NCBI GenBank assembly: GCA_013390605.1 | Contig: JACAUB010000001.1 | Coordinates: 2,302,021 to 2,366,020, forward strand | DNA: 64,000 nucleotides | Direction of reading: 5' to 3' | Source of the DNA: Bacteroidota bacterium | GTDB lineage: Bacteria > Bacteroidota > Bacteroidia > Bacteroidales > Cfx3-03 | In this document: positions 48,071 to 57,147 of the stretch, one piece after another | Layout of the letters: each line of letters begins with the position of its first letter | Numbering within the stretch: position 1 is the stretch's first letter | The notes under the pieces: model-generated | Told to the model about the DNA's origin: nothing | The model's database searches: none | The model's input: the letters and a program-made list of their open reading frames with translations, nothing else | Program-made: the position numbers and the translations under genes

Positions 48071-48462
48071 TATAAGTGATGAATTTGCTTCATAATCTTA
48101 TAGAGAATTCTCCTTGTCGTTTAAAAGATGAGATTGGAATTTAAATATATTTCCCACTTTGCTCAAAATAACACATTTTGACGTTAGAAAAAACTTCTCA
48201 TTAAATCGATCTAAAGCAGTGGAAGTGAAGAAACAAATAATATATTAGAAACAGCAGCTATAAAATAATCAACTTTTATCATAATATTTCATTTTAAAAG
48301 GACAGAATCTGGTAAATAGATATTATTTTTGAACCTGAAATAAAATTACAACAGAAATAGAATAAGCTGAACATAAAAAGGAATCAATGTTGAAGTAGCT
48401 AAAATAAAAAAACAGCAAATTTTTCCTCCAAAAAGAAATATTAACCATTAAAATCTACTGTT

Positions 48463-48567
48463 ATGGGAAAGTCACAAGATGCAAAAAAAGAGGCTAAGAA
48501 AGAACCAACAAAAACGCCAAAAGAAAAGAAACTCGAAAAAAGAGAAAAGAAAGAAAAAAACAAGTAG
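48463..48567 (+). CDS. candidate 34-aa lysine-rich microprotein
   Basis: ATG ORF encoding MGKSQDAKKEAKKEPTKTPKEKKLEKREKKEKNK, followed 64 nt later by a plus-oriented terminator. No promoter motif found and no family recognised. Confidence 0.35.
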   Translation: MGKSQDAKKEAKKEPTKTPKEKKLEKREKKEKNK

Positions 48568-48630
48568 TACAAATTTTTGGTGCTTCTGAAAACATACGTT
48601 CCCACATCACGGGATTAACAACTACTAAGC

Positions 48631-48664
48631 AAAGAGGGTGTTCACATATTTGAACACCCTCTTT
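48631..48664 (+). terminator. intrinsic terminator oriented for plus-strand transcription
   Basis: 14-bp perfect stem AAAGAGGGTGTTCA / TGAACACCCTCTTT followed by a T-rich tract. Confidence 0.7.
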
Positions 48665-48904
48665 TGTTTGCTACCACTTCAAAAAGGATAGTTATGAATA
48701 GATGACTTCATTTTAATGTATACGATAGTTATTTTTTTATTTATCAATTACTTATACATATCTTCATCCATTTACACAGAATCTCTTCATCAACTTTTTT
48801 TAATTGAGTCCTATAATTATGTGAGTTTAAAGGTTAGCCTGAAGGTTGGTTCATTCTTTAAATTTTAAAGTTAAAAAGCACCCATGCGAACCATTTCTTT
48901 TGTG

Positions 48905-50950
48905 TTATTTTATCTCAATAAATTCCGGCTCGTAAGGTGCAATTGTAAAACTGCCGTCGTAATTTTTATCAAGAAGGATACTTCTTGATTTTTCTTTCAT
49001 CTGAATTTCTTTAGGTTCACCACTTACATTCAGATAAAGGAAATGGTTTTTATCAATCTGTCGAGCCATTACACCAGCAGGTACTTCAGGACCTTTTTTT
49101 AAGGATAGTTCAACGATTAACTCATCAAGTAAAGGATCTAATATTTCACCTTTCGCAGGGAGGCCAATATAAATTGCTCTACCCTTACCATATTTATTGG
49201 ATGTAATAATTGGGTAATCCTTATCTAAGCTGGTTATGCTTCCGAGGATTTCAGCGCCTTTAGATTCAATAATATCAAACCGGGCTGATTCTGAAGAAAT
49301 CTCTTTACCTTTATAGGTAAGTTTAATTTTATTGCCTTTTAGTGATTTTCTGGATATTTCATTTAGTGCTTCAGTTTCTTCATAACTTGCAACCCGTATT
49401 CCGAACACATCATTTAAACGACCTGGATGAGTGGAAGCAAATACTTTTCCGGTTTCGTCAACAACAGCCGAATTGCTTGTCATAATAACTGTTCCTCCGT
49501 TTTTAACAAACTCACGAATTTTATTGGCAGTTATTTCATCCATAACAGTTACTCCTGGCACAATCAATAGTTTGTAATTTAACGAGCTTCTGCTAATCTC
49601 TACCACCCGTTCATCCATATTTCGGTAATAAAACAAATTAAAGCATGCCTGAAGTTGGTTTTCATGTTGCTCAGGGAAAGAACTACTTGCTATCTGGCTC
49701 GGAAAAGAAAAAGCTAAACCCACTTCGGATTGAACTTTATAAGGGAAATACTTCCCGATTTTTTTAAACTCCGTTGCAATTTTCTTATATTCATCATATT
49801 TACGGTTTGGAATTCCGTCCCAGTCCAACATTCCTTCCAGATACTGTTCTTCTCCAGCATGCATACTTTGCCAGGTCCATCCGCAAACCATTTGGTTACC
49901 ATACATCAATGTAGCATAAGCCGACTTCCGGATAGAATTTGGCACAGCTGTCATGGTTGTAAATTCGCTGCACCAGAAAGGGTTTGTGCTTTCAAATTGA
50001 ATACGGGAGATTCCAAACAAGGAATTCATTACACCCCAATTGGTAGTTAATGAATTTCCAGGATAGAAACCGCAACCCTCACGGGTCATTTTGCCTGAAT
50101 AGGCAATCGGTGAATAGTCAAAATATTTTAATGGGCTGTAATACCAGGCATTTGTGTTGACTAAGGCGTTTGGTGCATTTGTATTTACCTTGTCAAGTAC
50201 TTTTAAAAGGAACTGATTGATTTCATCCGAAACAAAACATCTGAAATCGAGCATCCTTTCCGGTACATCATTGTTGTGAGTTGACACTGGGAATCCAACT
50301 TCTTCAAATTGGTTAAATCTTCTAGACCAACGTTGAGTAGCCCACGCTTTGTTTAAATTATCAAGGTTTGAATATTTATTCTTCAACCAAACGATGAATC
50401 GTTCTTTAGCTGTTTGTGAATAAGAAATAGGACCATCCCCAGATTCATTATCCACACCGAAAGCCATCAGAGCAGGATGTTTTCCATACCGTTTTGTAAG
50501 TGCGTCAGCATAGCGCAAAGCATATTGTTGGTACATTGGATCACCTATATCTTCCATGTAACGATGGTTAGGATACAGCACATTACCATTTTTATCTACA
50601 ACGTCTATTGAGGGGTATTTGTGGTGTAACCACATTGGTGCTGGTCGTATAGCAATATCCAGAATCACTTTAATTCCGGCTTGATTCATCATGTCCATAA
50701 CCTTGTCAAACCAATCAAAATCAAATTGTCCTTCCGAGGGCTCATAGCTGTCCCAAGCTAAATGCCCCATACGGACAGCAGTAAATCCGGCAGCTTTCAT
50801 TAGCTGAATATCACTTCTTATTTTTTCAATATTCTTATCATCATGTGGATGATAGTTGGCTCCAACATACAACCCCTGAGCGTTTGATACAAAGCTAAAA
50901 AAGAGAGGAATTGCAATTAATAACAAAATTTTAATCTTAGTCGTTTTCAT
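48905..50950 (-). CDS. GH42 family beta-galactosidase
   Basis: Signal peptide; GANYHPHD...IRSDIQLMKAAGFTAVRMGHLAWDSYEPSEGQFDFDWFDKVM ... FGVDNESG, GH42 N-terminal TIM-barrel signature. 681 aa. Confidence 0.88.
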   Translation of the reverse strand: MKTTKIKILLLIAIPLFFSFVSNAQGLYVGANYHPHDDKNIEKIRSDIQLMKAAGFTAVRMGHLAWDSYEPSEGQFDFDWFDKVMDMMNQAGIKVILDIAIRPAPMWLHHKYPSIDVVDKNGNVLYPNHRYMEDIGDPMYQQYALRYADALTKRYGKHPALMAFGVDNESGDGPISYSQTAKERFIVWLKNKYSNLDNLNKAWATQRWSRRFNQFEEVGFPVSTHNNDVPERMLDFRCFVSDEINQFLLKVLDKVNTNAPNALVNTNAWYYSPLKYFDYSPIAYSGKMTREGCGFYPGNSLTTNWGVMNSLFGISRIQFESTNPFWCSEFTTMTAVPNSIRKSAYATLMYGNQMVCGWTWQSMHAGEEQYLEGMLDWDGIPNRKYDEYKKIATEFKKIGKYFPYKVQSEVGLAFSFPSQIASSSFPEQHENQLQACFNLFYYRNMDERVVEISRSSLNYKLLIVPGVTVMDEITANKIREFVKNGGTVIMTSNSAVVDETGKVFASTHPGRLNDVFGIRVASYEETEALNEISRKSLKGNKIKLTYKGKEISSESARFDIIESKGAEILGSITSLDKDYPIITSNKYGKGRAIYIGLPAKGEILDPLLDELIVELSLKKGPEVPAGVMARQIDKNHFLYLNVSGEPKEIQMKEKSRSILLDKNYDGSFTIAPYEPEFIEIK

Positions 50951-51033
50951 TTAATTGTTTAAAAATGAGTTACTGTTCCAACATTTTTTTCTACATATAC
51001 ACAATCAAATTTTGCCTTTAAAGCATGAGTCGG

Positions 51034-52626
51034 TTAGCGTTTTATCAAATTTAGCAGGAAAACATCATTTTCCCGAATATCAAGTTCTTTTGAAAATGCC
51101 GCATTCGCCTTAATTTCAATCACTTCAGTTGAAACTATAGAACCGTCATTATGTCTCTTTAATTCTTCAACCTGCTGTTTATTAAGTTGTTTTGGCTTAT
51201 CCATATCCAAATATTCGGTGTAAGCATCATTTACACGATAACCTACTTTACTAATTTCCAATGTATATACTCCTGCTGGGACATGAGATATATTTACTTT
51301 CACTTTATCCCTTGATTTTGAGGGCAAATCTTTTACATAATACACCTGATTATGTACAGAATCACCAGGATGAGTGTTGGTGAAGTCCCAAAAAAGCAAT
51401 TGGATATCACCATTATCACTTTTACATGCCCATGAACGTGTATCAGTATTCACCAACTCAGTTTTCCCCAGTTTATTCAGATACTTGTATGAATAAAAAG
51501 CAGCTTTGTTTATACCTTGAATAGAGAGCAAGCCGAATCCACCATGAAAAGGTGTAAAGCGTGGTCCGGATTCTTCAAAGATATCGGTAAATACCCAGTA
51601 CGACATTGAGTTGGCTGCACTTCCGACTTGTTTGATTTTTTCTAATATATATGCAGCCTCATGATAACTGTCATGAATAGGATCAGCAGGCGTGTAGGAT
51701 GAGCTCCATTCGGTATAATGCAACTCCAGGTTCGGCATAGAAGAGCTTGCAATTTGTTTGCGGGAATTCAAAATGTCACCGCTAACGGCCATCGGATCTT
51801 TGCTCAGCACTGTGCCTGAATTTCCAAATTCATCAAGAAAACCTTGTTTTACTCCATAAGAATGGGTGCTGATAAAGTCGAGTGGAAGATTATTTTTAGT
51901 GCAGAAACTGATCATTTCTGGTACCCAGGCAGCTCCTGCTGTAGCAGGTCCACCGACTTTGTATTGTGGATTTACGCTTTTGATGGCCTTTACCGAATAC
52001 TGGTAAAGTTTGAAATACTCCTCTTGTGTTCCAGCCCAGAAACCACTCAGATTTGGTTCATTCCAGACCTCAAAATACCAGGTTTTAACCTCATCGGAGC
52101 CATAGCGTTCAGTAAAATGTTGTGTAAGATTGCGAATAAAATCTTCCCATTTTTTGTAATCTTTAGGAGGTGTTACATTCCCTCTCCACCAAAAAATGGT
52201 TTTGGGGCCACTTGCCAAAGCTGAGGGCATGAATCCCAATTCCACAAACGGTTTTATACCGATACTTTCCAAATAATCGAATAAAACATCAACGTATTGA
52301 TAATTATACTCCGGATTTCCATTATTATCTTCGTGGTATACAGCCATATCATCAGTCAATAGCCCATGCATACGGATGTATTTAAAGTCACATGATTTTT
52401 TTACATAGGCCAGTTGTTGCTGCCAATCGGCACGCAATCCTTCATTAGCCCTGCCAGCTCCGATACATTGCTTAAACATGGTATTCATTGTGCCTTTTTC
52501 AACACTATAATCAACATTGATTACCCGTTGAGACACCTCCGGTTTTTTATTTTTTTTACTCTGTGCAAAAGCAGAAGTCATTGCCAAAAGAGTAATTACA
52601 AGTATAAGGACATTATTAAATTTCAT
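51034..52626 (-). CDS. GH39 family glycoside hydrolase (beta-xylosidase-like)
   Basis: Signal peptide; WYFEVWNEPN (acid/base) and LHYTEWSSS (nucleophile region), typical of GH39. Confidence 0.88.
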   Translation of the reverse strand: MKFNNVLILVITLLAMTSAFAQSKKNKKPEVSQRVINVDYSVEKGTMNTMFKQCIGAGRANEGLRADWQQQLAYVKKSCDFKYIRMHGLLTDDMAVYHEDNNGNPEYNYQYVDVLFDYLESIGIKPFVELGFMPSALASGPKTIFWWRGNVTPPKDYKKWEDFIRNLTQHFTERYGSDEVKTWYFEVWNEPNLSGFWAGTQEEYFKLYQYSVKAIKSVNPQYKVGGPATAGAAWVPEMISFCTKNNLPLDFISTHSYGVKQGFLDEFGNSGTVLSKDPMAVSGDILNSRKQIASSSMPNLELHYTEWSSSYTPADPIHDSYHEAAYILEKIKQVGSAANSMSYWVFTDIFEESGPRFTPFHGGFGLLSIQGINKAAFYSYKYLNKLGKTELVNTDTRSWACKSDNGDIQLLFWDFTNTHPGDSVHNQVYYVKDLPSKSRDKVKVNISHVPAGVYTLEISKVGYRVNDAYTEYLDMDKPKQLNKQQVEELKRHNDGSIVSTEVIEIKANAAFSKELDIRENDVFLLNLIKR

Positions 52627-52746
52627 TTCAAATATATTTTATAGAGTTTAATAACAGTTTGATTTTGAGCATTCGCATTTAAAAAAATCCAAATAAAAAA
52701 GTTTATCAATAATAAGTAATTAAAATGAAATAATGTCGTATTTTAA

Positions 52747-52784
52747 TTGACTCACCCCATCGCAGATGCGATGGGGTGAGTCAA
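52747..52784. terminator. GC-rich hairpin between the GH5 and GH39 genes
   Basis: TTGACTCACCCCATCGCA GA TGCGATGGGGTGAGTCAA flanked by TTTTAA / AATTTT. Confidence 0.7.
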
Positions 52785-52874
52785 AATTTTGAACATTCTT
52801 AATGCGACAATTAATAGTTCTCATTACTTAGATTCTTCATGTGCTAATAATTATAACTTTTGAATACATTCAGA

Positions 52875-52971
52875 AAACCCGGAATTCTGTGTCGTACCCC
52901 ATCATCAAAATGCTCATTTACTTCAGTAAAATCACCTTCTGAAACTGTCTCAAACCTTGAATTCCGGGTTT
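52875..52971. repeat. 13-bp perfect inverted repeat separated by 71 nt
   Basis: AAACCCGGAATTC (52875-52887) and GAATTCCGGGTTT (52959-52971), immediately downstream of the GH5 stop. Confidence 0.7.
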
Positions 52972-52988
52972 AGAAGTTCCATTATTAA

Positions 52989-54467
52989 CTATTTGCTTCC
53001 CGCAATAAGGGCATCAAGTGAACGTTGATCCTTTACTGTATTATTACTTCTATCTAAAATTCCGCCCGTATCCCACCAGAAAGGTTTAACACCGTGGGCT
53101 ATTGCCTGTTTGGTTACATACGTTATCCAATAATCTACTGCATCGTTATGTGTTGCTAAATCTTTGGGAACATTGGCAGAGCCTCCTCGTCTGTAAGCAC
53201 CATATTCACCCATCAGTACAGGAATACCCTTGTCAATAAATTTAGATTTCATGTAATCAAAACTTGTATTTTGGTCACTTTCTTCTCCCCATGTAGCATT
53301 ACGATCAGGTTCTATAGTGGAATGATGTCCGGAACCCCAGTAGTAAAACATTTTACCCCAAGAGGCATCCCCATTCAAAGCTGTAAATTGGAAAGGAGTA
53401 TAATTGTGTATCTCTAACATCATACGATTGGTGGCTGCATCCGTAGGCAACGTGTTCATTAAAGTATTTGTCGTTGTCATATCGGTTGATGGCCCTTGTA
53501 CAACCAAGGTACGGTAGGCGTTTTTACCACCTGTAGAACGAACTGCATTTATAAAAGTTTGATGATAAGAGAGTAGGACAGCCATTTGTGTTGCATCTGC
53601 AACATTTGGTTCATTGGCACTGGCAAATATCAGATGCTCATCGAAATCACGCATGGTTGTAGCTATTTGCTCCCAGAATGCTTTTTGCATGGCATTGACA
53701 GAATCTTTTTTAGCTGTTGTGCAATTTTGTTCGAGCCAGCCACCATCCCAGTGGATGTTGAGTAAAACATACATATCATTATTTACGCAATATTGAACCA
53801 CTTGTTTTACTCTGTTGAGCCAATCTGTATTTATATGTGCCGTTGATTTATTATCCATATGCAGATACCAAGCGCAGGGAATTCTAATGGCATTAAAACC
53901 ACTCTTTTTTACAAATTTAATATAATCCTCGGTAATTGGAGGATTACCCCATCCTGTTTCTCCACCAGGAGCTTCCATGGTGTTGCCAATGTTCCAGCCC
54001 AACCCCATTTTAGCAGCTAATTGCACCGCAGTGCTACTCATTCCGGTTGCATCGGGTGCAATTGGTGTAGTATTGTAACTTGGGTAGAGTGTTGTTCTTC
54101 CGGCTTGAGATACATAAATATATTTCACCGTTTTACTGTCCATAACAAACATAAGTTTGGCAGTACGAACACCCACATTGGGATTTGCAGTAGCAGTTAC
54201 TGTTATTTGTGAACTTGCTGAAGTGGAACTATTGACAGACAATGTACACCAGGTTTGGTCTGAAGTTGCATCCCAACGACTACCATTCATTGAATCGGCT
54301 ACTATACAACTTCCTCCTGCTATTGTAAACTTTAAAGAGTCCGGAGAAAATTTAAAAATGGGGTTAGTAGCTACTGGGGTTGTAATTGTAGTTTCATTTT
54401 TTTTACAAGAAACAGAAATCGTTATTACTGATATTAGTAAGAGGAGTAAAATGTATATTTTTTTCAT
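52989..54467 (-). CDS. GH5 family endo-glycanase lipoprotein with N-terminal BACON-like domain
   Basis: Start set at the ATG at 54467 (MKKIYILLLLLISVITISVSC lipobox), because the listed 54497 is TTG. BACON-like region DATSDQTWCTLSV. GH5 motifs GWNIGNTMEA, SANEPN, LMGEYGA. Confidence 0.9.
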   Translation of the reverse strand: MKKIYILLLLLISVITISVSCKKNETTITTPVATNPIFKFSPDSLKFTIAGGSCIVADSMNGSRWDATSDQTWCTLSVNSSTSASSQITVTATANPNVGVRTAKLMFVMDSKTVKYIYVSQAGRTTLYPSYNTTPIAPDATGMSSTAVQLAAKMGLGWNIGNTMEAPGGETGWGNPPITEDYIKFVKKSGFNAIRIPCAWYLHMDNKSTAHINTDWLNRVKQVVQYCVNNDMYVLLNIHWDGGWLEQNCTTAKKDSVNAMQKAFWEQIATTMRDFDEHLIFASANEPNVADATQMAVLLSYHQTFINAVRSTGGKNAYRTLVVQGPSTDMTTTNTLMNTLPTDAATNRMMLEIHNYTPFQFTALNGDASWGKMFYYWGSGHHSTIEPDRNATWGEESDQNTSFDYMKSKFIDKGIPVLMGEYGAYRRGGSANVPKDLATHNDAVDYWITYVTKQAIAHGVKPFWWDTGGILDRSNNTVKDQRSLDALIAGSK

Positions 54468-54494
54468 TTTATATCTTTTATGTATACAATACCA

Positions 54495-54502
54495 CAAAAC
54501 TA
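54495..54502 (-). promoter_or_regulatory. putative -7 box (TAGTTTTG) for the GH5 gene
   Basis: The minus strand reads TAGTTTTG, 28 nt upstream of the ATG at 54467. It overlaps the base of the 54500-54531 hairpin. Confidence 0.35.
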
Positions 54503-54531
54503 TGGGAAGAGTTTTTATAATCTTCCCATAG
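54500..54531 (-). terminator. hairpin between MITE copy 2 and the GH5 gene
   Basis: 11-bp perfect stem CTATGGGAAGA / TCTTCCCATAG with a 10-nt loop. Confidence 0.55.
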
Positions 54532-54561
54532 TTAATTTAATTCAATAAATAGCTCCAATGT

Positions 54562-54692
54562 ACGCGTTCGATGAATTAAATTTTGACTAATAGATTATCA
54601 AATAGTTAACATGTTTGATCTCTATGAGCTTAACGTCCTAATCAATTAATTTTGAACATATCCCAAATTAATTCATCCAACGGGTTCTAATG
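54562..54692 (-). mobile_element. MITE-like non-autonomous element, copy 2 (inverted relative to copy 1)
   Basis: The reverse complement aligns with 47936-48070 (about 87% identity over about 119 bp). Same TIR, TTGGATGAATTAA. Its end overlaps the last codon and stop of the upstream lipoprotein gene. Confidence 0.7.
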
Positions 54693-55511
54693 TGTATTGT
54701 AATAATCCAACGAAACATAGTTGAAGATTAACCATAGTGTTCCGTTATCCGCCACTTCAACAACCTGCATGGTATTAGCATCAAGTGATTTGATAAGCAT
54801 TTTCGTATTCCAATTTACGACACGAGCTCCTTGGTTAGAATCATGTATAAGTTGTGCACCAAAAGTTGCTAATTGGTTTGTATTCGGATACAACATAAAT
54901 TTACCTGAAGCAGATCCTAAAGGAAGCATTTTATTATTCGAGCTAAAATGTGCATCACCCTTCAAATCAAAAGTCATGGTTCCGTAATCGCCTTTAGGCA
55001 TAATCCAATCTGCCCATCCGGCATCCCATTCCCAACTATAGTCGGGACCGGCATAATAGACTGGTCCGAAGAAATATTTACTTACCCCTTTAGCATCTAT
55101 ATCTAAAACCCATGTTTTTGATTTTCCATACCCGCCGGTAAGATTAACCCACATTGGGGTGCTTACAGCAGCTTGATCAATCGTATTTACAATAACATTG
55201 GATGTATCAGCCTGAACAAATCCACCGGCACTTTCCACTCCATACACAAATTTATAAGTTCCGGGGAAAGCAAGATTGATAGTATCTTTTACCCGTAAAG
55301 ATTGGCCATAAGGAGTTACCCACATTGGGGTAACATTAGGTGTCAAACTTGTCAGAACAATATTATTAGGGTTAGATGATGAAGGTGCTATGGTATACGA
55401 CAATGCCTTTTTACTGGCTATAGGGCCCAACTCATACTTATCAGGCTTGCAAGCTGAAAACAGCAATACTAACCCTAAAAAAATATATGATATTTTCAAT
55501 TTATTTTTCAT
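54687..55511 (-). CDS. PUL-encoded surface lipoprotein (SusE/F-position, putative glycan-binding)
   Basis: Lipobox LLFSAC, 274 aa, directly downstream of susD. No catalytic motifs recognised. Confidence 0.7.
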   Translation of the reverse strand: MKNKLKISYIFLGLVLLFSACKPDKYELGPIASKKALSYTIAPSSSNPNNIVLTSLTPNVTPMWVTPYGQSLRVKDTINLAFPGTYKFVYGVESAGGFVQADTSNVIVNTIDQAAVSTPMWVNLTGGYGKSKTWVLDIDAKGVSKYFFGPVYYAGPDYSWEWDAGWADWIMPKGDYGTMTFDLKGDAHFSSNNKMLPLGSASGKFMLYPNTNQLATFGAQLIHDSNQGARVVNWNTKMLIKSLDANTMQVVEVADNGTLWLIFNYVSLDYYNTH

Positions 55512-55541
55512 GTCTGAATATTTTAAATTATTAGAGAATTA

Positions 55542-57128
55542 TTACCAACCGGCATTTTGTTTCAATACACCTGACGATAAGGTAATTTGGTCGTTAGGTA
55601 TTTGCTGGAACCCACGTGTAGCTGCAATATTTGCCTGGAATTGCGAAGCTGTAGGTGGTGTAGGAGTGCCATCACTAAAATACGAAACAGTTGTATTAGC
55701 TGCAATTGTAGAAGCAGCTGTAGCAATGCCCTGACGTAATAAATCCCAATAACGGATACCCTCACCTACAAATTCCAAACGACGTTCAGCCAGAATATCA
55801 GCTTTAGTTACAGATGAAACAGCAGCAGCAGATGGTATTGCACGTTGGTGAACAATATTGTAATAATTTGCAGCATTGGGACTACCTAATTCAGCAGCCA
55901 TCAGTAATACATCCGAATAACGAATAGCAAAATAGTCCTGGTATTGACCAATTTGGAAATCAGTAACAACAGAAACATTATTCTTATCGCATAGTGGGCT
56001 GTATTTTTTCAGAAAATATCCGGTATATTCACGATTGTTGGCAGACTTGGTGAAAGCAAGATTTTCGTCAACAATAGAAATGATTGAAGCAAAACGGCGG
56101 GTATCTTTTGAGTCAAAAGCATTCCAAAGCTTAGGATCAACCGTACATCCACCCCATCCGTACTGGTAAGGATAAATGCTTTGTTCACGAATTCCTTCCA
56201 TAACCATCCAACCATTACCAGTAATGTTTCCATTATAATCCTGAGTCGATGAATATTTTATTGAAAAGACCACTTCCTTGTTTGTTTCGCCTGCATAAGT
56301 AACATTTTTACCTATTGAAGCTGCCGGCCACAACGTATTAAAATCGCTAACCAATCCATGTCCGCTATGTGCAATCACATCTTCTACGGAAGCCAAAGCA
56401 GTAGCTGCTGTTTCTTTACCTATGGAAGCTGTTCCATAGTAACCGGAATAGAACAGATAAGCACGTGCTAATAAAGATTCGGCGGCCCATTTGGTCACCC
56501 TACCGCTTGGCACGCTCGTGTAAACGTCTGCAGGAAGACTATCCGAAGCATAACGCAGGTCGCTCATGATTTGTGCATAGGTCAAAGCCGGATCGGTTTG
56601 TGGCACATTGGCACTGGTAGGTGTTGTAATCAAAGGAACCTTTTCCCACAGGCGAACCATATCGAAATAACAGAAAGCGCGAATAAATTTGGCTTCCGCT
56701 TTGTATTGTTTTTTCAATGCAATATTACTGCCCCATGAAACCTGATCCAAATTTTGAAGTAACATATTACAGCGATAGATGGCCTGATAATAACCTTTCC
56801 ATGCACTACTATGCATTGAAACATCTGAAGGCGAAACTGATTTGTTAAATTCATCAATCATCTCCCATCCATATCCATCAGAAGACCCTGTGCCACCGAA
56901 ACAGTTATCAGAAAATACTTCCAACTCAGCAGGGATTGCCGCACCATTCCAAATTAAGTTTAATCCATTATAACATCCTACTAATGCAGTATATGCTTGA
57001 TCGGGTGTTTTATAATAAGTGGTATTAGTTTGCGTGGGATCAGTTAATTCGGTTGTAAGAAATTTTTTGCACGAATTAAATGATATCATTGCAATAAGTG
57101 CAATAATTATAATTCTATATTTTTTCAT
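55542..57128 (-). CDS. susD: RagB/SusD family nutrient-binding outer membrane lipoprotein
   Basis: Lipobox ISFNSC, 528 aa, TPR-like helical pattern, C-terminal RRLEFVGEGIRYWDLLR, typical of SusD. 20 nt after susC. Confidence 0.93.
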   Translation of the reverse strand: MKKYRIIIIALIAMISFNSCKKFLTTELTDPTQTNTTYYKTPDQAYTALVGCYNGLNLIWNGAAIPAELEVFSDNCFGGTGSSDGYGWEMIDEFNKSVSPSDVSMHSSAWKGYYQAIYRCNMLLQNLDQVSWGSNIALKKQYKAEAKFIRAFCYFDMVRLWEKVPLITTPTSANVPQTDPALTYAQIMSDLRYASDSLPADVYTSVPSGRVTKWAAESLLARAYLFYSGYYGTASIGKETAATALASVEDVIAHSGHGLVSDFNTLWPAASIGKNVTYAGETNKEVVFSIKYSSTQDYNGNITGNGWMVMEGIREQSIYPYQYGWGGCTVDPKLWNAFDSKDTRRFASIISIVDENLAFTKSANNREYTGYFLKKYSPLCDKNNVSVVTDFQIGQYQDYFAIRYSDVLLMAAELGSPNAANYYNIVHQRAIPSAAAVSSVTKADILAERRLEFVGEGIRYWDLLRQGIATAASTIAANTTVSYFSDGTPTPPTASQFQANIAATRGFQQIPNDQITLSSGVLKQNAGW

Positions 57129-57147
57129 GATTATTCTTTTTTAACAA

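Noticed and set aside
52629-52636. TATATTTG box upstream of the GH39 gene
   Set aside because: It lies only 2 nt from the ATG at 52626, so a transcript initiated from it would start inside the CDS. It is probably a chance match, unless a downstream Met is the real start.
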